Assembly: GCF_036321535.1 (NCBI RefSeq)
Contig: NC_087436.1
Span: 70,124,001 to 70,188,000 of the forward strand
From: Camelus dromedarius
Lineage: Eukaryota
DNA: 64,000 bases
Direction of reading: 5' to 3'
How positions within the stretch are numbered: the stretch's first letter is position 1; the number at the start of each line of letters is the position of its first letter. Below, piece after piece: positions 12,350 to 24,430 of the stretch. The translations under genes were made by a program, and so were the position numbers. The notes under the pieces were generated by a model. That model worked only from the letters and a program-made list of their open reading frames with translations. It did not search any database and was not told where the DNA came from.

Positions 12350-14765
12350 AGAGGTGGCCAGATAGTACTAGCAGGAAGATGCTGAACTCACCTCCTCCCA
12401 CAGACAAACCAAAATTACAACTACTTAGAGAGCAGCAACCTAAAAGAACAACCTGAAGACTAGCAGAGAAGATTTCAACTAAAGGCATAAAGAAGGAACC
12501 ACAATGAGACAGCAGATGGGTGGAGATGGAGTAGAGTCAGGAATTACACCCCCAGGGGTCAGTGATCCACAAACAAGAGAAAATCACAATCATGGAAGTC
12601 TTCCAGCAGGGCTTATATTCAGGAAAGCCAGAGGGCTATAGGAAACAGAGACTTCACCGCCCCCCTCCCTGCCCTTTTTTTTTTTTTTTTTGGAGGTGGA
12701 GTTAATTAATCAATTAATTAATTAATTAATTGATTTTAGTGGAGGTACTGGAGATTGAATCCAGGACCTCATGCATGCTAGGCATGCACTCTACCACTAA
12801 GCTACCACCGAGACTTCACTCTTAAAGAGCACCTGCAAAAATCTCACATGTTCCAAGTCCCAGCAGAGAGGCAGTAGTTTGAAGTGAGACTGAGTCAAAC
12901 CCACTTAGTGATCTTGGAGAGCCTCCTGGAGAGGCAGAAGGCAACTGGGTCTTCCCCTGGGGGTGGAGACGTTGGCAGTAGCCATTTTGGGGAGTTCATT
13001 CAACCATGATAACACTGGTACCATCAAGCTCCACTTTGGAATCCTCCTTCTAGTGTATTAGCACCAGGGACCCAGCCCCACCCTACAGTAGGCCATAGCA
13101 GCCAGAGCATGAAGCACAGCCTCACAGCCAACTAGGCAGAAGGCCAGGCCCTCCAACCAGCACATCCACAGTAGTCACCCCACCACAAATGAAGGGTACA
13201 CAGAGCCCACACAGGGCACAGCCCTAGAACATATGGCTCTGAGGACCAGAAGGGAGCATACTGCTTGGCTCCATAGGATTTCTCTTACATAAGGCCACTT
13301 CTCTAAGGTCGGGAAACGTAACCAATCAAACTGACACATAGAAATAAACACAGTGAATTAAGCCAAATGAGGAGACAGAAGAATATGTTCCAAACTAAGA
13401 GCCATAACCTCAGAAAAAGAGTTAAACAAAGTAGAGATAAGCAATCAACCCAATAAAGAGTTCAAGGTAATGACCATATAGATGCTCACCAAACTGGGGA
13501 GAAGAATGGATAAACACAGAATTTCAAGTTAGAAATTATGAAGAGGAACCAAACAGAGCTAAAAAATACAATAAGTGAAATAAAAAATACACTGAAAAGA
13601 ATCAACAGTAGGTTACATGATACAGAGGAAGAGATTAGCAATCAGGAAGACAGAGTAGTAGAAATCAGCCAAGCTGAAAAGAAAAAAGAATTTTTAAAAA
13701 TGAGGATAGTTTAAGAGGCCTCTGGGACAATATCAAGTATACTAATATTTGCATTGTAGGGGACCCAGTAGGATAAGAGAGAGAGAAAGGGGCAGAGAAA
13801 TTATTTGAAGAAATAATAGCTGAAAACTACTCTAGCCTGGGAAGATAAACAGACATAGGTCCAGGAAGCACAGATTCCCAAACAAGAGGAACCCAAAGAG
13901 TTCCACACCAAGGCACATTAAAATTAAAATGGCAAAAATTAAAGATGAAAAGAGAATCTTAAAAACAGCAAGAGAAAAGTAACTAATTATACTGCTAAAT
14001 GCAAGGGAACCCCTACAGGGATATAAGCTGACTTTTCAATAAAAACTGTGCAAGCCAGATGAGAGTGACACAATATATTCAAAGTGATAAAAGAAAAAAC
14101 CTACAACCAAGAATATTCTACCTAGAAAATTACCATTCAGATTTGGAGAGATAGAGTTTAACAGACAAGGAATAGCTAAAAGACTTCAGCACCACTAAAC
14201 CAGCTTTATAAGAAATGTTAAAGGGATTTTCAACAAAAAGGCTACTACTTAGAAATATGAAAATTATGAAAGGAAATGTCTCACACACAGACTGAAAGTG
14301 AGGGGATGGGAAAGGAATTCCATTTAAATGGAAAACAAAAAGAAAACTGGCGTAGTAATACTTGTATCAGACAAGAGACAAAGAAGGGCATTATGTAATG
14401 ATAAAGGGACCAATCCAACAAGAATATGTAACAATTGTAAATATATATATGCACCCAACATAAGAGCACCTAAATATAGAAACCAAATATTAACAGACAT
14501 AGAGGGAGAAATTGATAGTAATACAATAATAGTTGGGGACTTTAACACCCAAATTTCACCAATGGACAGATCATCTAGACAGAAAATTAATAAGGAAACA
14601 CTGGCCTTAAATGACACATTACACCAAGCAAACTTAATAACTATATACAGAACATTCCACACCAAAAGAACAGAATACACATTCAAGTGCACATAGAACA
14701 TTCTCCAGGACAGATCATATGTTAGGCCACAAAATAAGTCTCAACAAATTTAAGACTGAAATCTG
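12350..14765 (+). mobile_element. Degenerate LINE-1: 5' UTR, ORF1 (from ~13367) and ORF2 endonuclease part; 3'-truncated
   Basis: ORF 14328-14696 contains IYAPN and IIVGDFNT...MDRSSRQKINKET, which are L1 endonuclease motifs; ORF1-like sequence lies upstream; many frameshifts. Confidence 0.9.
12658..12809 (-). mobile_element. tRNA-Ala-derived SINE inserted in the L1 5' UTR
   Basis: Reverse-strand tRNA head, (TTAA)n and poly-T; TSD GAGACTTCAC at 12648-12657 and 12810-12819. Confidence 0.85.
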
Positions 14766-15390
14766 AAAAAGAATATCAATCCTTCCCAAGTAGCATCTTT
14801 TCTCTGATCACAGCTCTAAGAATCTTATGGTAAAAGTACATCTATGACATTGATCTCTAAAAAGTTTTAATATATTCTAAGTGTCCATCCTTAAGATAAT
14901 CAAAGGGTTTCAAAAAACCAAACATAGATAACAAAAATAAAGTGCAGATTAAGCTGAAAACATCTCTTGCTTTATTTTCCTTTTATTAGAGAAAAGTTAA
15001 TAGACGTTAATTCGTACAATGGCTTGGATTGTGTCACTTTAAAATAGTATTAGGAAGAAGCATTTGCAAAAAGAAGCAACGTGTTTAGGCTTGTTTTTAT
15101 AATCTTAGCTTCCTTAAACATGTGTAGCAGCTGAATCAGCCCTTTATGTCACTAAAACTTATGTAGAGCTATGATTATATTATTGATCCAAAAGCTAAAA
15201 GCATAAGAAACTAGGAACTTGGAATACCATCCACCTTTAAGGAAAATGTTCATAAACAGCCTTGCCTGTGAACTTTAAAGGATTTATATTTCAGTTGATT
15301 TTTTTATATTCATTACACTGCCACTTAATTAATGACAGAGAACATAAATAGAACTGTTTTTAAAAGAGGCCCCAGAAAACCCAATAAACC

Positions 15391-15510
15391 ACTATGCTGT
15401 ACACCAGAAATGAACACATTATAAACTGACCATATTTCAATAAAAACAAAATAAAATTTAAGACAATGAAACAGATTTCAAACTAAAAAAATAAAATAAA
15501 ATAAAAACAA
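15391..15510 (+). mobile_element. Short L1 3'-end fragment
   Basis: ctatgctgtacaccagaaatgaacacattataaac followed by an A-rich tail; similar to 2168-2220. Confidence 0.65.
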
Positions 15511-17049
15511 TATGCTGCAAGATTCCACAGCATATCAATAACTATAAGTATTCTGGCTAACTAGAAAACAAAAAGCTAGTGATTTAGACTAGATAGCATT
15601 TCATAATTTGTTAGCTTGGTGACTCCCTTGGGTAATTATTGGCCTTTCTCAAGAGTGATTTGTGAGGAGTCTGCTCTTTTTTCTTCTGCCTACAGTGGGG
15701 TAAAAGTATATTCTTGTCAAATTCTTTACTGAAAAATTGCAAAACAACTGTGTCAAGGAACCTGACAAGAACACAGTGCCACAAATTTCTGCATGCAAAA
15801 ACAAGGTAAAGGATCCAGTTAAAGATGGGTATAAAACTATATAATACATCTGGAATCTTTTAGTTTTTCTCTTCAAGGTATTATACAGTTTGTAATTCCT
15901 CAAAGGCAATTATGTTTTTTATCAAGATTCTCACCCTCACCAAGAATGAAATGAAAAGGACCAACAAACTTCCAAAATGTTAAAGATATGGTAAAAAATC
16001 TTTTTTCCTCCTCAAAACTGAGTTTGTTTTTATTTTTGTAAGTTACATGCTGTTTTACTAAAAAGATAAAACATAACTAATAATAATTGTTTTCACCTAT
16101 GCCAGAACAAGAATCCAAGCTAAGAAGACAACTTACTTAAGCAAGTAGTAGCACTGTGATCAACAGGTCACCGAAATGCCCAAAACAGAAAAACTAAGAA
16201 ATTTTCTGATTGCTTGAAGTTAGCCTCTTCGTCAACACCTCCTTTTAAAATATATTTTTGTTTAAAAGAGTTGGTGGAAGATATTATTAGAAGTCTCATG
16301 GTAATTTCTTATAATTTCAAGGTGATTTTTCAGAGAATAACAATGAAAAGGCTTACTTTTCCTTTCAGAGAGGCATAACTTCCTCCACAGAAGCAAAGAC
16401 AGACCAGATAAAGAGGGAAAATCAGGTGGACAAAATGTTACACAACAGTGATTTTTAATTATGAGTCAATATGGATTCTATGCCAGCATTTTTGCAACCC
16501 GAACACAAAGCTAATCAGCTGGGAAATACGGGGCACGTTCATGGAGTCCAGCTCAAAGAATAACGATAGTAACTGGAAATTGTCTTTATTAAAGAAGCAA
16601 ATGTTTACTTACGGGAATAACTGGATCAGTAATCACTGATTCAAATATTCAAAATAAAGCACCACTGGCCAATTACTAGGGAGACACAGGCACTATGAAA
16701 GTGAAAACTGTCGCCCTGTAATAGACGCTTGTCACATAAATTCTAAGCTGTTTGGTTTAAAACGCATTCATGCGCACCCGGAACACCGGAAAACCAGGGA
16801 GTTAAAGTCAAAGCACATACATTTCTACACAGCGCATATGACAGGGAACAAAAGAAGTGGGGAAAGGAAGACACCCACCTCTGGTTTCTCACATAAAAAG
16901 CTCATAAATCACAACCGTGAATCAACGGTCAAAATTATAGCGTGTGCAAGACAAATGGTATCGTTTAATACGGGGTTGGGGGAGGGCAGGCTCCTGTTTA
17001 AAATTAGCTTTCGCCTCTTCAACCCAGATCTTTGTGCCACCGATGAAGT

Positions 17050-18470
17050 TAGGCGGTTACACACAAAAGCGCCCCTGGATGTTTGGCCAGGTCTCCCACC
17101 GTTCAAGCACGGGGGGGCGGAGTGGGTGGCAAACACACCTGACCGCTCGGGAGGGTCGGGCCGGGCCAGGGACGGGAAGGACGAGGCCCTGGGCGCCGTC
17201 TCCTTTCCCGGGTGGGCAGGGAGCTCAGCGATGCCGGAGCGAGGCGGAAGGTGGGAAGTGGAAAGAGGAGGAGGTCGCCCCCTAGGGGAGCCGCGCCGCA
17301 GGCTGCGGGCCGGGGCGGGAGGGGCCGGCGGGAGGAGACGGCCGGTAGGGAGACCGCGCCGTCGGGCGGGGCCGTCCTTCCAGCTGGCTCGGACCCGGCG
17401 GGGCGGGCTGTAGACGGAGCGACGGAGCCCAGACCGGCCCGCAGCCAAGGAGAAAGGTGGCGGCGCGGACGGGACGGGGCGGCGGCTCCCCGCCGTGACC
17501 CTCTGCTCCCTCCGCCCAGGCCTGAGCGCGAGTCCGAGGCGGCGGCGAAGGAAGGAGCGAGCATGGCTGAGACCTCGCTGCCGCCCACCGCCGGCGCGGA
17601 AAGTTGCAGCGAGGAGCCGGGGAGGGGCGGGAAGCAGCGACTGGAGGAGCCGCGCCGCACTCCAACCCAGGGCGCGGACCGAGAGGACGAGGCGGGGCCG
17701 CCGCTGGCCTCCCCCGCGGGGCAATCGGAGCCGGGCTCGCCGGTGGCCGCCCCCTTCTTCCTGCTCTACCCGGGCGATGGAGGCGCCGGCTTCGTAGCGC
17801 GCCCGCCGCCGCAGCAGCAACAGCGCTCCTGGAGGACCCCGCCGTCGCCGGGCTCCCCGCTGCCCTTCCTGCTCCTGAGCTACCCGAGCGGCGGCGGCGG
17901 TGCCGGTGGCGGTGGCGGCAAACACCGTGAGTGGCGGCCGGGAAGGGGAACGCCAGCGGGGAGGGGAAGGGGGGCCTCGGCTGGGAAGGGCTGGCCCGGA
18001 GCTCCGCCTCCTGCTGGGTCCCCGGAGCCGAGCCGGACGCCGGGCCGGCTAGGAGGTAGGGGCGTTGGGGGTGGCTTCTTGGTACGCTCCCGTCCGGGGG
18101 CACGCAGGGGGGCGGCCGCTGTCTGGGTGCCGGATTATTTACCTCCGAGTCTCCCGAGGCCGCAGGCTCCTGCCCAGCCTCCCCTCCCTGCCCAGGCGCT
18201 GGATCTCGCTAGCCTCCCACGTGCTCGCCGGGTCCCAGCCCTGGGTCTCTGCTGGGAGGCTTCCCCGGAGGAGTCGAGGAGGGGGCGGCGCCGCCTTCTG
18301 CGGGCTCAGAGCGCCGCGGCCGCCGAGTAGGTGTGGCTGCTGCCGCGCCGCCGCCCGCGTGGCCCTAGTTGGACCACTAAATTTTTTACGAGCGTTCACT
18401 CCGCACCCGTAAATATTACAGATCCGTCCCCCAGAATGGGAAGAAATCAGGAATAGTGCGCGAGATGACG
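17050..18470. promoter_or_regulatory. CpG island / promoter of RUFY3 exon 1a
   Basis: Very GC- and CpG-rich, with multiple GGGCGG boxes, surrounding exon 1a. Confidence 0.85.
17563..17926 (+). CDS. RUFY3: RUFY3 alternative first coding exon 1a (MAETSLPPTAGAESCSEE...GGGKH)
   Basis: ATG in agcATGg context; donor CC|GTGAGT at 17926/17927; 364 nt, so phase 1. It splices in frame to 61649 (C|AT = His, then [12 protein letters not shown]). It matches my recollection of the long RUFY3 N-terminus. Confidence 0.88.
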
Positions 18471-20081
18471 AGAAGGGAAAGTGTGGCTTTGGGAGGGCAC
18501 TTACCGGGATGTTATCGTTTGACAGGAAGAGGCCTTCACCTTTTAAAGCCACTGTCACCAGAGCCATCTGAATGCAGCGGACCCCACTTTGTGCTATATC
18601 AGTCAGCAAATGTCTATTGATAGCGAGCGGGCCCTAGAGCAGGCAATATGTGTAAGACTCTTGTTAAGTCTGGTTAAGAAAGACAAGGTCTTAGAATATG
18701 AAGATGTGACTGAAGATGTAAGGCGTGATAAAAATGCCGAATACTTTGCTGTATGAGTTCTGAAAAGGGGGAGAAACTTGCGTAAGGTGAAGAGGAAATC
18801 ATTCTGTCTCTGTCTCTCTCAGTCTCTGAGATAGAGCTAGAGATTTCTTTTTTAGTACCCAAGCAAATCTTTTAACTGGTCTGCACTGCCAAGAAACCCG
18901 GACTTTTTCTTTTCTGCGTCTGATCTATCCCTTGGGAAAAGATTAGCATTAGTTGACTATTTCCTGTGTGCATGCCCTGTGATTATCATAGTTAATCCTC
19001 ACATCTCTGTGAGCCAATTATGCCACTTTTTCAGATGAGGAAGTTGAGGATCAATGTGATTAAGTGATTTGTCCTAAATAACAATGTAATAGAAGGAATG
19101 AAGTTGACCCAGATTCTTTGCCTACCGAGCCCATGCTGTTTAAGTGAAAGCCAGACGACCAAAAACTTGATTGGATGGTCCTCCCTAGGTTAGGGTCCAT
19201 TGGATTCAGCTGGAGGGAGTCCTTTGTTGACTTCTTTTTATTACTTACCTAGAATGGGAGCCAACATTGACCACCGACTAAGAGTCTTAGTAAAATCATA
19301 GTTTGTGTGTTAGAGTAATCCACTAATCTCTAGATACGAGTATCTGATCATGTCAGAAATTAGTCTTTTTATAAGCAGAGAGAGTAAAGGTAATAGTCTC
19401 AACACTACTTCATTTTGTAAGGAATCTGCTTTGTACTTTGTTCTTTAAGTACAGCATCTCTTTTCCTTCCTAAAATTTTCTATTTTTGAGTAATTTGCTT
19501 ATCAACCAGTCACTGTAGAATGAAGAAGACCTTCCTCTCAATTGTTTATAACTCTGTCACAGTTGTGGTACAAGGTGTGATGCAGAAGAATTTTTCAAGT
19601 TTTAGCCAGTATCAGTTGTGGGAATTATCTGAACTTCACTTTGAGTCCTTCTTATTAAGGATTGGCTTTATTTATTTATTTTTTTAATGTTGTCAGAAAA
19701 TTTGGGCCTTAGCATGATGGAGATCATCAATGGAAGACTTAAAGCTAGAGTTTCGTAATTGTGATCCCTTGATCTCTACTTTGCAATCGTAGCAGATATG
19801 TGGCATGATTTGTTAGCACATAAAGTTTGAATAGTCCCATACTGGCCTTTAATTTCTGAAATTAAAGGCTTACTGGTGTGAAAGTGCTCAGAAAAATTAC
19901 TGGGAAAGTGTATGTGTCCCACTTCCACTGTTTTTAAAGACCAGTCACTGGGGACATTTCATATTAGTAAAAGATCACTGATACTTGACTTAAAGTAGTT
20001 CTTGTTTTGTACTATTTTTGTTTGTACCAGTTATTTTTAATGTACTTCGGAATATACATACTTGAAAAAAGGAATACTCTG

Positions 20082-20269
20082 AGGAGGGAAGGTATAGCTC
20101 AAGAGGTAGAGCACATGCTTGGCACACACAAGGTCCTGGGTTCAATCTCCAGTACCTCCTCTAAAAATAAATAAGTAAACCTAACTACCTCCCCAACACC
20201 AAAAAAAAAATTAAATTAAATTAAATTAAATTAAAAAGAAAAAAGAAAGAACCCTTAAAAAAAGAAAGA
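20082..20269 (+). mobile_element. tRNA-Ala-derived SINE
   Basis: tRNA head and long A-rich tail; TSD AAAAAAGGAATACTCTG on both sides. Confidence 0.88.
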
Positions 20270-21345
20270 AAAAAGGAATACTCTGGATATTAATAAAAAT
20301 ACTTCCTGTCAATGCTCTACACAGTCAGTGCAATATTGCTTTCTGTGATGGACCTGAATATCAGAACTCAGGGTCTCCCGACGACTCACTTGAACAACCT
20401 AAGACCAAACCGTTTTAAAAAGTCTTATTTCAATTACCAGAGCACTACTTATTTAAATTACCAGAGCACTGCTTGATGCAGCCTCCATACCCAAAGAATA
20501 TTTGCCTCCTCAACACCCAATTTTTAACTCTCGCTAATATATTTGCCCAAAGTATATAACAGATAATAATTTTGACAGACTGTATATTAAGGCAGTGTTA
20601 TCTTTTTGTTTTAGAAATCTTGACCGCACTCAGAGATTTTAAAAATTAGCCTTTACATTTGAGTTCAGAAGCTTTGTTTTAAATGACTCTGATGAATAAT
20701 AGCAAAAACGTGTGCACAAGAGGTACCCTAAATTTTCAGAGTTCATGACATGTAAGGTTTCAGTGTAAAATCTTTCAGGATCTAATGTTCGTAAAATATT
20801 CAGCATACTTAAATGCAATATGAAAGGTTTCTGACTAGATTATGTCACTTTCTGAGTCTTTTAGTGCTGATAATCTGCTTAATTTTTATGCTTCTAGCTT
20901 TTAAATCTCATAAATTTTACCATGCCTTTTTAAAAATTGATTTATAAAAATTACAAGTAACACAAGGATCTGTTGGTCATTGGTTAGATGTTTTATAGTA
21001 GAAAAGGTACATTGAGCACAAAGTGAACTTTCCTCTTCGTGGGCCTCCAAACTCTCCCCTCCCCCACCCCTCCCCAGCAGAGTTTATTATCAGAGAATAC
21101 CACTTTTGAGTTTGGTGAGTTTTCTCCTAGAACTTTCCGTGCATTCGCAGAGATGTATATGTTCATATTTCATGGGGCCTTTTCCTCCTTGGTGTATCAC
21201 CTTCCATTCCAGTTTCTCACCAGCTACTTGCATGCCATGGTCCAGTACTTTTGAAATTGAGTCCCCCTAAACCCATGTTTCTCTTCCAAGGTTATGACTA
21301 ACCCCTCTATCCAAACTTTATTCCCTTCCTTGTCCCATACCAAAG

Positions 21346-21937
21346 TGGGGAACTGAAACCAAACAGGACCTGTGGGGCCTTCCCAGGTACAAAAGCCCCT
21401 CCATGACCCCTGTTTCTTGTTTGTGAGGAAAAAAGAAAAGGCTTCAGTCTCGTAGGCCTTACCTGAGTTCCAAAGAGCAGACTCCAGCAGTTAACGATTA
21501 GGACAGTAGAGTCACAGACTCCTGGTTCCTCCTGAAGGGATGTAGATAACAATCTGATGCATATCTTTGAGTTTTTCTATGGAAACTAAGACCCTCATCC
21601 AGGTGGAGGATGGCAACTATGCGCTGACCACAAGCATGTAGACCCCAGACTGGTTGGAACCACAAGGTTGAAATTCCTGAAATGTCACTGTTACCTCACC
21701 ACCAACCAACCAATCAGAAGACGATCCACAAGCTGATCACATCCTACGAACCTCTCCCCTCGCACTGTCTTTAGAAACCCATACCTGAAAGCCATACAAG
21801 AGTTCAGGTCTTTTGAGCATGAACTGCCCATTCTACTTGCTTAGAACCCTGCAGAAAAACCCTTACTTTGTTGCAAACACCTGCTATCAGAGTTAGGCTT
21901 TCTGTGCCTAGGGCACACCAGCTCTTGCTCGGTAACA
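21346..21937 (+). mobile_element. ERV-type solo LTR
   Basis: About 590 bp ending ...CTCGGTAACA, with an internal CCAATCAG and LTR-like organisation. The left boundary and TSD are unresolved. Confidence 0.6.
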
Positions 21938-24286
21938 CTTTAAATGCCTTCCTTTTTCATCCTAACTTTAGAAGTTGTCTTGTGGGTGGATGGGATGGAC
22001 AAGAGATGGCTTCTTCTTGGTGTTGGAGTGAACAGGCACCCCTGCCATTTGCATGGTTATCAGCTTCTGTTGACAGTTCTTTTCCTCTTCGAACTCCCAG
22101 AACTACAGCACACATTTATGTTTAAGGCAATGCCATGTAGATAGCCCATATCTCTGCCCTTGTCTTTTCTCTCTCAATTACAGCAGTGTACAAAAAAAAA
22201 ATCCAACTCACAAAGAAGCAGCTTTCTGTATTTGTATGTGCTGTTTAGAGATGGGAGGAGGGCTAGGAAAGGAATAGAAAAACAAAAACAAACAAACAAA
22301 AAAAGCCTTGGGAAGGACTGGCAGCATTACTATGACTACCCACTTCAAAGTTGAGTCTACCTAACAGTGAATGCCTTGATTGAGCCCTGAAAAGTGCAGG
22401 GAATTGGGCTTCTAGAAGCATTCCACTTTTTCTCACAGAAGCACTTTAAGAATCCATGATGTAGGGAAGGAGCTTTCTCATTTACATATAAACCCAGGAA
22501 TGCATATTTAAGGGGAGAAAATTAATTTTATATTCACAGTTTTATACACACACATACAATATAAAAATATGCATATATTATGTATGTATGTGTGCATATA
22601 TACAATGTGTGTGTGTATATATTTATTCATTGATTTTAGTTTACTTTTCATGGATATTTCTATTATCATGTCTCTCTCTTTTTTATTGTTTAATAGTAGT
22701 CTAGAAGACATTATACGTGGTCAAGGGTTGAATACACATTAATCAGTTCATCTGCTGTATGCTTTTTAAACTTTGAAAAGACAAAAGTACTTTTTTCTGT
22801 TTTGTAAATATAGAGGCACCTGCCCAAAACTGAGGTATGCTGGGGAAGGGTCGAACCATCAAAATCTAAAAGTTTTGAGCATTTACCTCATTCTAGTAGG
22901 TTTTAGATTGATTTGTGACTTTTTAAAAGTCAGCTTTTTGGTATAATTAATGTAGAACAGTGCCTCCATTTACAATACTATGATTCACAAATCTATTAGC
23001 CTCCAGCTCTTATCCAACTGTGTTCAGAACGCAGAGCCACTTTCTGATCCATTAAATGCCGTTTTGTCAAGTGGCAGATATAAGTGTCTGTAAAAAAGGG
23101 GGGAAACCCTCAGAAATGTAAGCCTCTTTGGTGCGTAATTGTAGACTAGTGACTACCAGGCACCTTTAGAGTGTCTAAATGCAGGTGGGTCCTTTCCACA
23201 CACAGCTGAAATGACTGGGACATCCCGAGCCTCTAAGATACTGGGAGCTGGGTCATGCCCCCTTTTCCTTCCTCATGACCAGACGAGCTGTCTGCTGCTT
23301 GCCTCCCGGATTTTGTTTTATCACCACTGCTGCCTAAACTGTCCCAGTTTGTCTTTCCAGTCCATTTCTCCCTTCCCTTCTGCCTCCTTTCTTTTGTTTT
23401 ACCTACTGTTCTGTCCTGGCATTATCAAAAAGTCAGATGATGCTTCCAATTGACAGAGCAATAATTTTAGAATATCAGGTGTAATCTTTGAATCTTTGAC
23501 TTTGTTTTGGCTCCTCCCCTCTTGATAACCACAGGTTTATTCTTTCTAGACAGAGTTTCTTTTTTTTTCTTGGTTCTGATCTTAGCTTCATTCTGGATAC
23601 TAGAAGATCCTAAAAGGCTCTTCATTGGGTAACAAAAGTTATCCTGTAGTTCTGTAACTCAAACAATTATGAATAAAGAATGTGACTAGTAAGATAGTAA
23701 TGGTAACTAGTGGCTACGATTTATAGAATATTTTTATGTGCCAACTGGAGAGGCAGAAACTTCACATGTATCAGTACTTACCAGTCTGAGGGGGTTATAG
23801 TTATAAGAGGTATTTCTTAGAATTTCCAATAGATAGGAGCGCCAATACATAAAACTACTGACTTAATAATGAAAGCTGGAAAAAAAAATGGGGAGGAGTA
23901 GTCCCTATAGAATTCATATAGGTAGATGGGGGCAACATATGTTTTTCATCAGAGTATTTGATTCAGTCTCTAAATGACTTATTTAAACTATTATAAAATA
24001 AAAAATTCTGATAGCATAACCTTGGATTTAGAAGATCATATACTGGGATACAACTTTTTTGGTGTTAGAAAAAGCCTTATCTCAAACTTTAGCATGCATC
24101 AGACTTACCTGGAGGTCTTGTTAACACAGATTTCTGGCTCTATCCCCAGAAGTGGTTTTGTTTTTATTGAGATGTAATTGACATATTAGTTTCAGGTATA
24201 CAACATAATGATTCAATATTTGTATCTATTTTTTTAACTGAAGGAGAATGAATTCATATTCTTGAATAGTCTGACTCCAGAGCTCA

Positions 24287-24430
24287 TTTTTTTTTTTTTT
24301 TTGTAGAGGAAGTAATTAGGTTTGTTTTTCTTAATTATTATTTTTTTTTCAATGGAGGTACTGGGGATTGAACCCAGGACCTCACGCATGTTAAGCATGT
24401 GCTCTACCACTGAGCTACACCCTCCCCACA
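24287..24430 (-). mobile_element. tRNA-Ala-derived SINE
   Basis: The reverse complement reads GGGGAGGGTGTAGCTCAGTGGTAGAGCACATGCTTAACATGCGTGAGGTCCTGGGTTCAATCCCCAG; TSD AGCTCAT. Confidence 0.88.

Noticed and set aside
14328..14696. 122-aa ORF as a host gene
   Set aside because: It is a fragment of the L1 ORF2 endonuclease within a frameshifted element.
15696..15805. Exon-like segment (pyrimidine tract-CAG ... AAG|GTAAAG) between UTP3 and RUFY3
   Set aside because: It is 110 nt with no recognisable protein similarity, and such site pairs arise often by chance. RNA evidence would be needed.
16838..18609. Many long overlapping ORFs on both strands (338, 273, 191, 185 aa and the 372-aa read-through of exon 1a)
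   Set aside because: Expected from stop-codon scarcity in a CpG island. They are low-complexity Arg/Pro/Gly/Ala sequences, mostly with non-ATG starts. Only 17563-17926 has a good ATG, a donor and frame continuity with RUFY3.
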